Positions 12,427 to 26,867 are shown, counted from the stretch's first letter. The stretch: DNA of 64,000 bases from Octopus sinensis (GCF_006345805.1 NC_043004.1:54250001-54314000), one strand, 5' to 3'. A program made the numbers and translations. Notes: generated by a model from the letters alone, not told the origin.

Positions 12427-12519
12427 GTATTTTGTAGTCATACACGATCATTTTCAGGAGCGCTATCGAGCCTGAGAACATAATGACGCTTTATCGTCCT
12501 ATATAATAAATCAAGGAAG

Positions 12520-12683
12520 ATGATGATGACGACGACTAGTACCACCTATGATGATGTTCATGGTCACGACGCGATGATGAAGATGGTGATTTCGGTGTTG
12601 TTGCACCTAGAGACGGCGCTGTTGCTGTCGCTCCTTCTGATGACGATGACGATGACGATGACGATGATGATGATGATGATCAC

Positions 12684-12775
<92 letters not shown>

Positions 12776-13000
12776 CGATGACAATGACGATGATGACGAT
12801 GACGACGATGACGACGGCGACGACGACGACGGCGACGACGACGACGGCGACGACGACGACGGCGACGACGACGATGATGATGATGATGATAACGACGATG
12901 ACGATGACGACGACGACGGGTACGACGACGACGATGATGATGATGAGGAGGAGGAGGAGGAGAGGAGGGGAGGAGGAGGAGGAGGATGTTGATGATGCAC
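12520..13000. repeat. Compound trinucleotide microsatellite (GAT/GAC/GAG)
   Basis: Direct reading; source of the spurious poly-M/T/D/S ORFs. Confidence 0.95.
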
Positions 13001-13501
13001 TAGATAATCATAAGCAGGGAAATATAATAAACTTCATATTGTTGCTGACGATTTAAAGGTATATACTCCATTTTCGGTGCTGTTATTTTTTGCTGCTGTA
13101 TTCTTGATTTAATTATTTGATTTTGTTTTGTTTTTGTTTTTTTTTGGGGGGGGGGTTGTAATCTTTGTTTCTGGCACGTTTCACATGGATTATTAATGAA
13201 CGGATGAATAACAAAAAGAAAAAAAAAACACAGTCTCTTTTTTTTTTGCCTTCTTTTCTTTGTTTCTTGTTGTTTTGAAATATATTGGTAAACGGTACCA
13301 TTTTTAGAAACATCTATCACTGCTGAATATCGGTTAATGAATTTTGTAATTGATTTTCTTGTTTATTATCGGTGGTGATGGAGATATCTAGGACGATGCT
13401 AGTTATGGTGATTGTTTTGGTTCTGGATACTGGTTTTAATGTTACTCTGTTTACTATCATTATTGTCATTGTTATTATTATCATTATTATTATTATTATT
13501 A

Positions 13502-13550
<49 letters not shown>

Positions 13551-13629
13551 CATCATCATCATCATCATCATCATTATTGTTATTTCTATTATTATTATTA
13601 TTATTATTATTATTCTTTAAGCCGCCCAC

Positions 13630-13832
13630 CTGGCAGAATCGTTAGCGCGCTTGACGAAATGATTAGCGGAATTTTGTCCGTCGCTACGTTCTGAGTTCAA
13701 ATTCTGTCGAGGTCGACTTTGCCTTTCATCATTTCGGGGTCGATAAATTAAGTACTATTGAATCACTGGGAGTGATGTAATCGTCTTCCCCCACCCTCAA
13801 ATTTCAGGTCTTGTGCCCATATTAGAACGGAT
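13630..13832 (+). mobile_element. tRNA-derived SINE, family B
   Basis: TGGCAGAATCGTTAGC head, GAGTTCAAATTC B box, GAGGTCGACTTTGCCTTTCA body, (ATT)n tail. Confidence 0.8.
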
Positions 13833-13869
13833 TATTATTATTATCATTATTATCATTATTATTTTTCTT

Positions 13870-14770
13870 TTTTTCTTCAAATGTTCTTCCGTTTCTCGCC
13901 GAGTGTTTTCCGTATACCTAGAGCAGAGAAGCTCATTGTATGCATTCCCAGATTACACACGCAAATTCACAGGTAAAATAAGTATTTCAAAAATTTTTCA
14001 CAGCGATAATGCTCTTCTCAGTTCATGAGCCGTTCCAGTTAATACGACTTTTTGTACTTCCTGCAGGGATGGTAGGCCTGGTATCATTTTCGAATAGGTT
14101 TCATTACCTTTTTTTTATCATTCCTAGAGATCCTACAATCACTGGTACTGTAGTCGCCTTGAGATGCCACATTTTTTCAATTTCTATTAGCAAGTCTTTA
14201 TACTTACAAATCTTGTCAAATGCTTTCGCCGCTATATCATTATTATTATTGGATGCCGTATTCGCACTCAATAAATCCTCTACTCCCTCATTTTTTGTGG
14301 TACATATAGTCTGTCTGTGTCACTTTTTGGGTGGTGTGCCCCATGTCTAGTTAGCAACTTCCTTGTCTTTCTGTCTAAGCTGTTTAGTTTGTCTACTGTC
14401 CATGCGTTTAACCCCTGCCCCATATCTAAGAAGTGAAACCGCCTAGGTGTTGATAGCTTCGATGCTATACCGTCCGTTTAATTTCGACTTAAGGATCATT
14501 TTCAGTCTGTACAAATACTCCACCTTAAATTTTTTGTCATTTCTGAACTAAGTTATCACCCCTTATATTTCGAGAACCATCTTGAATATCCGAGCGGTTC
14601 CAGGCAATGCTGTTTTCTGCAAGCGATCCACTATTATTGCAGCTCATATTTGTTCCATGTACTTCTCAACATTTTTACTTACTGTTCCCAAGGTTTCGAC
14701 AATTGTTGGTACTACTACTACCTTGGTCAGCCACCACAGCTGCTTAGCCTCTCAAGCTAACATGTTATAT
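13870..14770 (-). pseudogene. Degenerate, rearranged R4/Dong-type LINE fragments
   Basis: Minus-strand remnants KVVVVPTIVETLGTVSKNVEKY...LQKTALPGTARIFK and EYLYRLKMILKSKLNG...AINT*AVSLLRYG with many stops. Confidence 0.6.
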
Positions 14771-14790
14771 CTTTCCGCTTTTATTATTAC

Positions 14791-14856
<66 letters not shown>

Positions 14857-14866
14857 TATTATTATT

Positions 14867-15420
14867 GAGTGAGAGAGCAGTTCATGCCATCAAAGTGACA
14901 CTGGGGTAAAATATACGAAGCCCAATATACCCATCATGACTACCCGTCTGATAAGGGTACACCAGGCACATGCATCACAACCATATGTGCGCGACATGGT
15001 GATCTCATATCAAGATAAACAGCACATGACCTTGCAGGTGGGGCCCAGTTAGAATTTTCTTCAGGTTGAGTAGCCCATCCCGCTAAAAAGGTCCCTGAAT
15101 AAGGGTTGTTTAAGGATGTTGAAAGAACCACCCATGTTTCCAGAGGTGAATTATTCAAACCCCAAAGAATCCCTCTCAACACATGGCTATGATGCTCCCC
15201 CACTACTTCTGCTCGTGATCAGAGATGCACATATCGTCAGCCACTAAGGGACATGCTCAACTGGTTAAGGTCAAACAACTGACAAGCAAATCTGTGGTAT
15301 TGAGCAGAATATTTGCTGTAGCTCATCTTTTATACCAAGACAAAACAATGTACATGATAACACTTCCAATCAGTTAAGATCAGAAGCCATGAGAGCCACT
15401 GCCTGGTACTGCATCAGGGC
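14867..15420 (-). mobile_element. 554-bp non-coding element embedded in (AAT)n, copy 1
   Basis: Near-identical to 43186-43739; sense starts GCCCTGATGCAGTACC and ends CTCTCTCACTC(AAT)n. Confidence 0.85.
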
Positions 15421-15468
15421 TTATTATCATTATTATTATTATTATTATTATTGTTATTGTTATTGTCA

Positions 15469-15550
<82 letters not shown>

Positions 15551-15554
<4 letters not shown>

Positions 15555-16914
15555 TAGTTTTATTTTTATAGCGTGCTTTCACTTCACTACCGAGCGCAGC
15601 TCTGTGTGCCTTGGGTATGTGCTGTGATTTGTTGTGATTCTCTGATGGTTATTGTATGGAAAGTGTTCTGCGTAGGATGTGTGCAGTGCCTAGTAGTGCA
15701 ATTTTCTGTATGTTATATGTGTTTGTAAGTCCTGGTGTTTTTGTTATGTATTTGTCTGAATATTTTTTATCATGCCTAATGCACCTACTATGATAGGAAT
15801 TGTTTCTGTTTTCAGATTCCACATTCTAGTTACCTCTATTTCCAGGTCTTTGTATTTTGAGAGTTTCTCCATTTCTTTTAGAGACACGTTGTCATCTGCC
15901 GGTATTGATACATCAATTAGAAAGCATTTATTTTCTTCATGATCTCTGACAACTATATCTGGTCTGTTGGCCTTAATTTTTCTATCTGTGTGTATCGGCA
16001 TATCCCAGAGTATGGTTGCTTTCTCGTTTCTGTGACCTTTTCTGGTGTGTGCCTATACCATGTTTTTTCTGTTGTTATTCCATAATGTTGGCATAGCTTC
16101 CAATGTATGTAGGTTCCAACTCTGTCATGTCTGTGAATATATTCCTTCTTAGCCAGGACTGGGCAGCTAGAGATAATATGATTTATTGTTTCTTGTCCAT
16201 CTCCACATATTCTGCAGTTACTTGTAATATTTCTTTTCATTACATGTTTTTGGTAATTTCTGGTGGGGAGGCTTTGGTCTTGTGCTGCAATTAAAAATCC
16301 ATCTGTTTCTGCTTTGAGTCCTGAGCTTCTCAACCATTGCTGGGATTTTTCTTTGTCTATTTCTTTTGCGTTTAGTTTAGTGCAGTATTTACCATGAAGG
16401 GGCTTTTCTTGCCATCATTTTATCATGGTTCGTTGCTGTTCTATTTTTAGTTTGGATTTCATTTGTTTTATAGCTTTTGTTGTTTCTTCATCATCTTCTT
16501 CTTCTTCTTTGTATTTATTAGGTGGTATGATTTCGTGTTTGTATTTGTCAGCTTCCTTAAATACTGAGAACAGTTTTTTGTTTTGCTCGTGGATCAGTTT
16601 TCCTTCCTTCTGAAGTAGATATTTTTGCAGTCTTATGGTGGTTATTTTATAGTAGTTTTCCAGCTGTATAAGGCCTCTACCACCTTCTATACGTTGTATA
16701 TATAGTCTTTCTATGTCAGATTTTGGGTGATGCATCCTAGATCCTGTCATTATTTTTCTTGTTTCCTATCTATTTTGGTCAGTTCATTTCGTGTCCAGTT
16801 AAGGATATTGTAGCTGTAACTTATAACTGGGACAGCTAAAGTGTTGATACCTATTATCTTGTTTTTAGCATTGAGCTCTGTGTTTAGTATTGATCTAACT
16901 CGTCTATAATATTC

Positions 16915-16920
<6 letters not shown>
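15551..16920 (-). mobile_element. 5'-truncated R4/Dong-clade LINE in (AAT)n (RT C-terminus, CCHC finger, RLE nuclease), frameshifted
   Basis: RRVRSILNTELNAKNK...RLYIQRIEGGRGL...CRICGDGQETINHIISSC...RPDIVVRD...LIDVSIP...KLSKYKDL; (ATT)n on both sides. Confidence 0.92.
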
Positions 16921-16971
<51 letters not shown>

Positions 16972-16995
16972 CATTATTGTTATTATTATCATCAT

Positions 16996-17025
16996 TAGTG
17001 AAAGCACGCTATAAAAATAAAACTA

Positions 17026-17030
<5 letters not shown>
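16996..17030 (+). mobile_element. 35-bp 3' tip of the same Dong family followed by (AAT)n
   Basis: TAGTGAAAGCACGCTATAAAAATAAAACTACTGAA matches the ends at 15551 and 44100. Confidence 0.75.
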
Positions 17031-17082
<52 letters not shown>

Positions 17083-17109
17083 CTAATATAAAATAATAAT
17101 AATAATACT

Positions 17110-17276
17110 AAGGTCATGTGCTGTTTATCTTGATATGAGATCACCATGTCGCGCACATATGGTTGTGATGCATGTGCCTGGTGTACCCTTATCAGACGGG
17201 TAGTCATGATGGGTATATTGGGCTTCGTATATTTTACCCCAGTGTCACTTTGATGGCATGAACTGCTCTCTCACTC
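17110..17276 (+). mobile_element. 554-bp element, 5'-truncated copy 2
   Basis: Retains only the last ~167 bp, ending CTCTCTCACTC(AAT)n. Confidence 0.85.
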
Positions 17277-18044
17277 AATAATAATAATAATAATGATAAT
17301 AATAATAATAGTAATAATAAAAATAATAATAATAATAATTTATTTTATCAACACTGATAGATAGAAAGAAAGAAAAGTTGAAGTTCATAGGATTTAAATC
17401 AAAACCCCAAAGTCAGGGGAAATGCAGCAAGAACTTTTTCCCGATCATTTTTGGTGTTAGGGATTAACACCCGAAATTCACAATAACCCCGAAATTCACA
17501 TGAAGGTGCTCGGCGTTAAATGTGACTGAATGCAGTATTCCTTTAGGATGTTTAACCTGGGGATTAAAGAAAACTTCAACACAAGCAATGCTAACAGAGA
17601 GAGACGACTGAAGTTTCGAAATATGTACTTAAAGATACTAAAGGCTGGAATGTAATGTATATTATAGTACAGGATATACATACTAGTAAACGTGAGAATA
17701 AGCTGTACATAAATTAGATTGTACAGATGTTAGTAAATAACCAGGGCAGTTGAGATAAAACGGTTATATGGTTAATGTGTGTAACATACATCACTTTTAT
17801 GTTTTAGATACACTTGGACTATATAAGCCTATATGTATGTGCATTTGTAAACACATAAATGCTCAAATTCACACACACACATACATATATAGATATACAA
17901 ATATTTACAAATATATATATATATATATGTATACACACATAAATATATATAGATACATACATATATATATACATATATATATATGAAGATTTATATATAT
18001 GCATATAATTTTTATATATATGTATATATATATATGAATATATA

Positions 18045-18111
<67 letters not shown>

Positions 18112-18238
18112 TATATGGGTAAACATATACCAATATGCGTATTATTGCCAGCGTTAATTCAGATATGTGTTTCTGTATGTAATCTTTGTGTGCGTGTATG
18201 CATCTGTCTCTCTCTCTCTCTTTCTCTCTCTCTCACTC

Positions 18239-18270
<32 letters not shown>

Positions 18271-18640
18271 GTGCAAAGATATAGTGAGTGAGAGAGAAAA
18301 GAGAGACAGAAAGAGGGAGAGCGAATGTATTTAGTTTTGTGTATCGATAGAGGAGAGATGTTTTCATGCAATCACGCACACTTACATGCATGCATACACA
18401 AAAGCATCCACCCAAATATATTTATACATCATAATCTCTTTCAAAGTCTGGCCTGTCAAAAAAGATTCATCAATAACAACATTGGTTGGAACAGTGAACG
18501 TCTGGGTCTGGAATGGAATTGGTGAATGTTTGTACACACACACACACACACACGCACGCACGCACGCACGCACGCGCACAAACACACACACAAATATATA
18601 CATATACACGTTTATACATACATGCATACATACATATTCA

Positions 18641-18682
<42 letters not shown>

Positions 18683-19191
18683 AACAGACAGGCAATAATT
18701 TTTCGACATAATATGTATATGTATGTATGTATGAAACCGTTCTGTGAATTGTTTAAGTTGTTATAGTGTATTGCCAGTTCGAAAACTCGCATTATGTCGA
18801 TTCATCAGTCAAATATTCCAGAAGTGTCCAACAAAATGTTATATTTTGTAAATAGAATTATAAGTCTTCACCATATATTGATCATAGAAAATAGTTTAAT
18901 ATTAGATTATATAAAGCCCGTAACGGGAACAAAAATTGGTATTTGTACTCGTATACATACATGTGTAATAAACAGCTGAATATACCCTGTGTTTCTGTAA
19001 GTAAATAGAAGAAACTATCACGTGTGTGTGTATGAAAACGTGTCGCATTTCCAGACAGGTTTGTTTTCTTATGCATGTTGGTTTTAGAGAGTAAGCTCTC
19101 AGCCACATGATGTATATGAGGTTGGTTCTCGTAGGATACGATGCAGATTTTATACGGGCCTTTGTTTTCGAATGTTATTATGGCCCCAATT

Positions 19192-19237
19192 GTCCAATAC
19201 TATCCAGCAGCTTTATAGCTGCTGGATAGTATTGGAC
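19192..19237. repeat. Perfect 21-bp inverted repeat with a 4-nt loop
   Basis: GTCCAATACTATCCAGCAGCT-TTAT-AGCTGCTGGATAGTATTGGAC. Confidence 0.95.
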
Positions 19238-20814
19238 GACTGCTAAATATAAAACAGCTGTGAGGTAATACAAGAATTATTTCCCTACACATTCATTTTT
19301 GAATGTCACACAGCAGTCAAATTTCGGTGGTAATTAACAAAATTAATGCCACATTGTTTTCAACAAATGGATTTCATCAGTAAGCACAAATAAAGACGAC
19401 GCTATCGAATTTCATTCGTCTTAATGCATATCACGAAATGTTGAAATAAATAGTCGAGGAGAGAAAACGTCTATTTCGAGCTCCGATTGAATTAGAAAGC
19501 ATCTGGCTCTAATTTGCTCTGCATAGATCATTTCCCAAGTGCCGAAGCCTTCAAATAAAAGACAGTTGAAAGTTGGTCTTTCCCTTATCACTCACTTGAA
19601 TGACCGTAAATGTAAACTTAACTTCCCCTAGATTTTACTGGCTGGGATTCCCAGATTGGCTGTTGCCCGACTAAATGAAGGCCTGCCAGTAAACCATTTT
19701 CTTGTAAAGCGGAATCCTTTCGAGTATTTATTGATTTCGACGTGAGTATCTAGGAGTCGACTGGTGTAGGACAAGGAAGCATGCGATATTTGTTTGTTTT
19801 CTAGAATATGTTAACTAACCTTAACCTTACGTTCACTAAGAAACTTTATTTTTGTTAGCTTGGGAAATGGTGCCTAATGAGAGGTAAAAATTCCAAGATA
19901 GGTTTTTCAAAGATAGAGTCAATGAACGATTAAATCAATTTATGTTCGTAATCTGTACTCTCACCTGGATTTGGGGAAATAAATATTTGTACACAATATC
20001 CACGCATTGCAGTCAAATCTTGGTAACACATCGTTGTAAAGGTTTGAGATTCTATAGCATACACGTCAGTTTTAGGGGAGTGATTCTCTACTAATTAAAG
20101 CTGAAGATGTAGTTGGAATTCCTAAAATATGCAAAGTTATTTTACAGCTCTCTGCAAGCATACTACCTGCATATCGTAACATTAATATCCATGTGGTTGG
20201 CTGCATATAAATTTGTTGTATCTTTATTTGTATGCATTTATGCTTTCAAGCCAAAACGCCTCAAAAATTTCTTATTCAGTACTATCTTAATCTGTCCATG
20301 ATGAGTCTATCTGTTAGTAATATTTGATATTGTCTCATCTATATAATTTCTAGCAATGAGTAAGTGTGCACTACTTGAAGAGTTTCATCATAAATAATTC
20401 GGCGAAATCTGCAACATTCATCTCGCGTTTTCTCCCCATAGACATATACAGATATATATGTAGATGTGTATGTACTTGCGTGTGTGCAAATCTAAAGACG
20501 AGTTACCTAGCTCTGTAAGTTGTGAGCTCTCACACATAAGGACAGCAATTGAAAGACGCGATTGGGCAAACGCATTATTCACTGTGCATGCATCCCTTTC
20601 CATCTTCATCCGTTATGTACATGATGCTTCGGCTGGATCAAGGTCGGAAGGCCTCAATGAATGTCCATGCCTGCTCGCAACTACGTAGACATCCGAAACA
20701 GTTAGCAAAAGCGTGGTAAAAGTTAGCAGGTCATAATAGGTTGCATTTCAATGAGATTTGTTTTGATATTGGATCATGGAAACCGCAATTTGTTGATAAA
20801 ATGAAAGAAGACGG

Positions 20815-21025
20815 CAAGCTAGCAGAATCGTTAGCACGCCGGACAAAATGGTTAGGAGTAGTTCGTCCGTCTTTACGTTCCGAGTTTAAATTCCACCAAG
20901 GTCGACTTTGCCTTTCAGCTTTTCGGGGGCTATAAAATAAGTACCAGTTGCAAACTGGGATAGATGTAATCGACTTAGCCACCTCCTCCAAAATTGCTGA
21001 CATGGCTGCCAAAATTTGAAAGCAA
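20815..21025 (+). mobile_element. tRNA-derived SINE, family B
   Basis: Homologous to 13630-13832. Confidence 0.8.
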
Positions 21026-21419
21026 TATTAAACTGAAGTGTTACTCAATACGTTTTAGAGAGTATATATCTTTTATAGGATTACAAACAAATTGGTAACA
21101 ATGACTTCAAAGTTTCGGTCTGCTAAACTACCTCAGAGTGTACGCCGAAGCTTCAAAGTCATTTTCATCGTTATTCTTCTAAATGTATAATACATATACG
21201 CGTTTAAATTTAGGGGTGCAAACAAGACTACTCAATAAATGCATTACTTTTTATATATCTGTGTAAACGTATTGATCCATTCCTCAGCTATCGTATTTCA
21301 TCGTCACGCAGCCTTCTTTGATAAAAGAAATCCCAATGAACTGCAGCTCACAGCGTGGTCTCTGCAAGTAAATACGAACCGGGCAACAGTAACGATTTAA
21401 TCCAATGTTTGTGTTCTTT

Positions 21420-21519
21420 NNNNNNNNNNNNNNNNNNNNNNNNNNNNNNNNNNNNNNNNNNNNNNNNNNNNNNNNNNNNNNNNNNNNNNNNNNNNNNNNN
21501 NNNNNNNNNNNNNNNNNNN
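21420..21519. other. Assembly gap (100 N)
   Basis: Run of N followed by (GATA)n. Confidence 1.
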
Positions 21520-21606
<87 letters not shown>

Positions 21607-21630
21607 GTATTAACGTATATATGTATGTAT

Positions 21631-22157
21631 CTTCTATTTTTTAATTATTATAAATCTTCCACTGTGAAGGGTGCCTGTCCCAGAAAAGATACAAGACTCC
21701 ATTTTGGGGATGTATTTACCACAGGCGAATTCACATTTGGAACTTGAGAAAAGTTTTGCATACTTTTATTGTTCCACTCACAGACTGGACTTGTAATGTA
21801 CGAATCAGCCGGTCAGTTTCTCTTTCTGAAGATCCCAGTTTATCCACATTCTCCTTTAAGCATTTACTAACAAAACCTAGTGCTCTATTTATTATTGGTA
21901 TGAATGCAGAAGCTGGAGGTTTCGAAGCAGTTGTCCATAGATATCCGTTTTTCTTTGATTTTCAAAGACATATTATATCTGCAAGGCAACTGACCCCTAT
22001 GACGGTACATACCTTTTCTCTCCGTCCCAAACAACAATATCCGGCTTGTTATGTTTACATTTGAGAGACATTTTGATGAGAATATTCCACCAATATTCCT
22101 TGAGTTGGTGTTTATGAATGCATTCCATAACATAGTATATTTCAAAATAGTCCTTTA
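21631..22157 (-). mobile_element. 5'-truncated RLE-type LINE fragment flanked by (CATA)n
   Basis: KCKHNKPDIVVWDG (PD-D/ExK nuclease), then a C-terminus and 3' UTR homologous to 49181-49528. Confidence 0.8.
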
Positions 22158-22160
22158 ATG

Positions 22161-22192
<32 letters not shown>

Positions 22193-23355
22193 AATTTAAA
22201 TGGCTGTATATTTAAATAACACCATCTCCCCGACAAACACCTTGGCTATAAAAATAAAGTAACACCAAAGGTCTCACCTGCCCTAAACCGTCAGCAATCC
22301 CCTTATCATCACTCCCCTAATCACTGCAATATTGCGATTAGTAATAGCAGAAATCCTTATTATAATGATGCTCCTATGAAAACATGAATACATGTATTCC
22401 ATTCTCTTCCTCTAATCACATAGTCTACACTAAGTAATAACTACTTCACATCCTCTTTTACACTACCTATCTCTACGGGGGCGGGGAGAATGTAGAGAGA
22501 GAGAGAGAACAGGAGGGACTAAGGGGAAACTATGAAATTGTTCACAGTCAATGGATCGCCGCCGGTTTCAATGGCTAACAAGGAATTGAGAAAAAGAGAC
22601 GTGTGGGGGGATAGACCTTGGGGAATGTGGTATCCGACTGTCAAATGCAGTGGGGCAGAAGCATTTGTAATGGCAATAGACTAGGTACAGATTAGAGGCA
22701 GCGTCCACGCGCGTGTGTGTTTGTGTGTGTGCCTGCGTTTGTGTGTGTGTGTGCGTGTGCGTGTCTTTGTGTGTGTGTTTATGTGTGTCCGTCTGTATAT
22801 GTGTGTGTGTCTGTGTGTGTCTGTGTGTGTGTGTGCGTGTGTATGATCCAGAAGTTATAGTGAGTTAGTACCGTAGTGCGGTTTTGCCAATGAATCAAAG
22901 TAAGGGGAATGCACTTTCAGACTTCTGCAGTAATAATTTAATCTTTGATGGTGACTGAAGTTTTTGCCTATCAGATTAGTGGGAGCATCATATAAGTTGA
23001 GTCTTGTGATGCGTTGGCGAGACTTTGCCAATCTAAGTGAGCGAAGAAAGTTGTACGAGCCAGATTTTACGTTGTATTTGTGATTAGAGACAGGAGTGAG
23101 CTATGTTTCAGTCGCTAATATTTTGGTAACTGGGTTCTCTCTGAGCAACGAATGCTGCTTAAGCCAAATTTTGTTTTGTAGCTTTTGTCTGGATTTCTTT
23201 GCCAATCATTACGACGACCTGCTTTTGATTACATTTTGTGTTTCTATGGACAGTAACAGCTCCATAGCTTCATACATGCGCATCAACAATACTATTATGA
23301 AAAGCATAAACATCATACAATTACGTATCACCAAACTCAATGTATAACAGTTTTA

Positions 23356-23916
23356 TTGGGTTGTGCGGACAGTTCCGATTTATAGTTGCTTCCTTTCGAC
23401 TTATTTTAGAACATGGTTGAGTCCATAAAATAGGATTTGACTACACCTCCATTTAGAGCACAGTTTAAGCTATCTTTTCGTGGAAGAAGGTTTACGTTCC
23501 TATGAATTGTGTTAATTCTGTAACCCTTTAAAATGGAAGATAAGAAAGTTCATTTTCAGCACTTAATGCTTTGAGAACCAGGCAAAAATTGCTGCAGCTC
23601 GACTGGAATGTGTTACCCCACCCTCCATATTCATCAGATATTGCTCCTTCGGATTTCCACTTATTCGGGTCTCTGCAGAATAGTCTTAATGGTAAAAATG
23701 TCAATTCCTTGGATGACGTAAAAAGATACCTTGATGAAATCTTTGCCATGAAACCACCTCAATTCCGGGAAGAGACTATTTTCAAGTTAAAGCAAAGATG
23801 GAGACGCATTGTGCAACAAAATGGTTCATATTTGATTGATTAAAAATAAAATGGCAAGTATTTATTGACCTTTTTCTTTCTTTTAAAAATCGGCACTAAC
23901 TTTCCGGACAACCCAA
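23356..23916 (+). mobile_element. Internally deleted mariner transposon
   Basis: TIRs TTGGGTTGT.CGGA.AGTT.....CCGATTT with TA on both sides; HPPYSSDIAPSDFHLF transposase C-terminus at ~23571-23843. Confidence 0.92.
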
Positions 23917-24124
23917 TACTTTTGGCAGAACTGCCTAATAATCAGAGTAAGATGAGAATTAATGTCTAACAATTTGAACTGAACATCCGATGAGTCCTCT
24001 ATGCATTTTGAACATTCTAATGCACTTTAATTATCATAATTCCTAAGACGAGCAATCATTGTTACGTAATTCAGTCTTTTATCTATTCTGTACAGCATAA
24101 TTAGCTTTTTATTTAAAACTTTTT

Positions 24125-24320
24125 TGTTTCAGTTATTAGAATGTGGTCATGCTGGTGCATCGCCTCGAAGGGTTTAGTCGAAAAAAACAACTCCAGCAGA
24201 TTTTTGGTTCTAACTCTGGTAATTATTCTATTGGTACCTTTTTGAGAAACCGTTAAGACATGAGAAGGTAAACACACCAACACTGGATGTCAACCAGGTG
24301 GTGGTACCAAATATAGAAAC
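24125..24320 (-). mobile_element. Diverged 3' half of SINE family C
   Basis: TTTCAGT...GTGGTCATGCTGGTGCATCGCC matches the family C 3' body. Confidence 0.6.
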
Positions 24321-24362
24321 AGGGACATACATACAGACATATATACATATATATATATATCA

Positions 24363-24393
<31 letters not shown>

Positions 24394-24399
24394 GATATA

Positions 24400-24545
24400 T
24401 ATACATATACCAATGTACATATATATATATATATATATATACATATACCAATGTACATATATATATATATATACATATACCAATGTACATATATATATAT
24501 ATAATATATAATATATATACTACATATACCAATGCACATATATCT

Positions 24546-24579
<34 letters not shown>

Positions 24580-24724
24580 ATACATATACCAATGTACATA
24601 TATTATTATATAATAATATATATATATATATACATATACCAATGTACATATATATATATATATATATATATAAACCCATGTACATATAATATATATATAT
24701 ACTATATACATATACCAATGTACC

Positions 24725-24763
<39 letters not shown>

Positions 24764-24770
24764 CCAATGT

Positions 24771-24807
<37 letters not shown>

Positions 24808-24877
24808 CCAATGTATATATATATAATTGTATATATATATATATATATTATATATATATATACATATACCAATGTAC

Positions 24878-24908
<31 letters not shown>

Positions 24909-24976
24909 CCATGTACTATATATATATTATAATATATATATATACTATACCAATATACATTTGTATCATCTATATA

Positions 24977-25013
<37 letters not shown>

Positions 25014-25016
25014 CCA

Positions 25017-25030
<14 letters not shown>
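24400..25030. repeat. Minisatellite CATATACCAATGTA(CA)(TA)n; second block at ~26470-26660
   Basis: More than 15 copies of the 14-nt core separated by variable (TA)n. Confidence 0.9.
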
Positions 25031-25054
<24 letters not shown>

Positions 25055-25175
25055 GTATGCACACATATTATATGTATATACGTGTGTATATATATATGTA
25101 TATAAATATATAGGTACCTATATATGACTATATATCCACACACCACACACACACACCACACACACACACACAGAC

Positions 25176-25207
<32 letters not shown>

Positions 25208-25243
25208 TATTTATCAAAAGAAAAACAGGATGCAAAGGATTTA

Positions 25244-25328
25244 GCGGTACATATATTTCTGGCATAATTGAACTGTTATATCAATGCATAATGATGTAAC
25301 ATGTATGTCAATAGCCTTCTTCAGCCGC
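25244..25328 (-). ncRNA. Type I hammerhead motif, copy 1
   Basis: GCGG-CTGAAGA-A-GGC..ATTGA...TCAAT..GCC-A-GAA-ATATATGT-A-CCGC. Confidence 0.6.
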
Positions 25329-25379
25329 GCACAATTACCACACCAAAGACATGTATTACATTATAGCTATGGCATATAT

Positions 25380-25602
25380 ATTCTTTTAACCTGTTCAGTC
25401 ATTTTGAATGCAGCCATGAAACAGTACTACCTTTAGTCGAGCACGTCGGTTCCAGAACAGAACCTATTCTTTGTAAGCCTAGTACTTATCCTATCGGGCC
25501 ACTTTTGCCGACCGCTAGCATCCGTTATCAAATGATGTTGGGCTTACAGACACATACACCTCAAGCATATAAACACACGCACACACACATACATTATATA
25601 TA

Positions 25603-25638
<36 letters not shown>

Positions 25639-25795
25639 GACGGGTTTCTTTCAGTTTCCGCCTACCCAATCCACTCACAAGGATTTGGTCGGTCCGAGGC
25701 TATAATAGAAAACACTTGCCAAAGGTGCTACGAATGGGACTGAACCTGAAACCATGTCATTGTTAAGCAAGCTACTCCTGCGCCTATATGTATAT
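25380..25795 (-). mobile_element. tRNA-derived SINE, family C (duplicated at ~27040-27440)
   Basis: Head GGCGCAGGAGTAGCTTG...GGTTCAGTCCC, internal (TA)/(CA) tract, family C 3' body. Confidence 0.8.
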
Positions 25796-25892
25796 GTGTG
25801 TGTGTGTTTGTGTATACACATAGATATATGCATATATATACATATACATATCTATATATATAAATATCTCTCTCTCTCTCTCTATATATATA

Positions 25893-25928
<36 letters not shown>

Positions 25929-26161
25929 TTATATTAAATTAGAGATAAAACCACTATTAGGCAATCAAACAGTGAAAATCATACGCCAATATATAGAAAT
26001 AAAATTGATTAAAATATATAAAAATATATAAAATATAAAATATAAAAACCCAATTAAAATATTTAAATTAAAGTTAAAATTTTTTTTAATTATTTAATTT
26101 AATAATTTAAACTTATAACTTATAAATATATATATATTTTTATTATTATTTTATTTAATAT

Positions 26162-26217
<56 letters not shown>

Positions 26218-26243
26218 TATATATATGTATACACACACACACA

Positions 26244-26277
<34 letters not shown>

Positions 26278-26835
26278 TATATATATAAATATCTATATAT
26301 ACAAAAAGATAGATAGATAGATGCATATACATACATATATATATATGCATACACATATATCTATCAATATTATCTATCTATCTATGTATATTATATAGAT
26401 AGATAGATAGATAGGTAGATAGATAGATGTTTATATATATAGATATATGTATCCATATATATATATATATATATATACATATACCAATGTACATATTATA
26501 GATATATATATTATATATATATATATACATATACCAATGTACATATATATAATATATATATATATATACATATACCATGTACAGATATATATATATATAT
26601 ATACATATACCAATGTACATATATATATATATATATATTAGATACATATACCAATGTACATATATATATACATATATATATATATATATTATATATAATA
26701 TATATATATATATGTATGCACACATATATATATGTATATACGTGTGTATATATATATGTATATAAATATATAGGTACCTATATATGACTATATATCCACA
26801 CACACACACACACACGCACACACACACACACAGAC

Positions 26836-26867
<32 letters not shown>

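Noticed and set aside
19590-19747. Outward-facing GTGAGT donors around a CCAAT box (bidirectional promoter idea)
   Set aside because: Short motifs expected by chance; no exon or ORF support.
20418-20700. Minus-strand ORF ending at a possible donor CTAG|GTAACT
   Set aside because: No recognisable protein similarity, and stops in all frames upstream.
21095-21150. CTGAGGT...ACCGAAACTTTGAAGTC on the minus strand
   Set aside because: The core is incomplete and there is no stem I.
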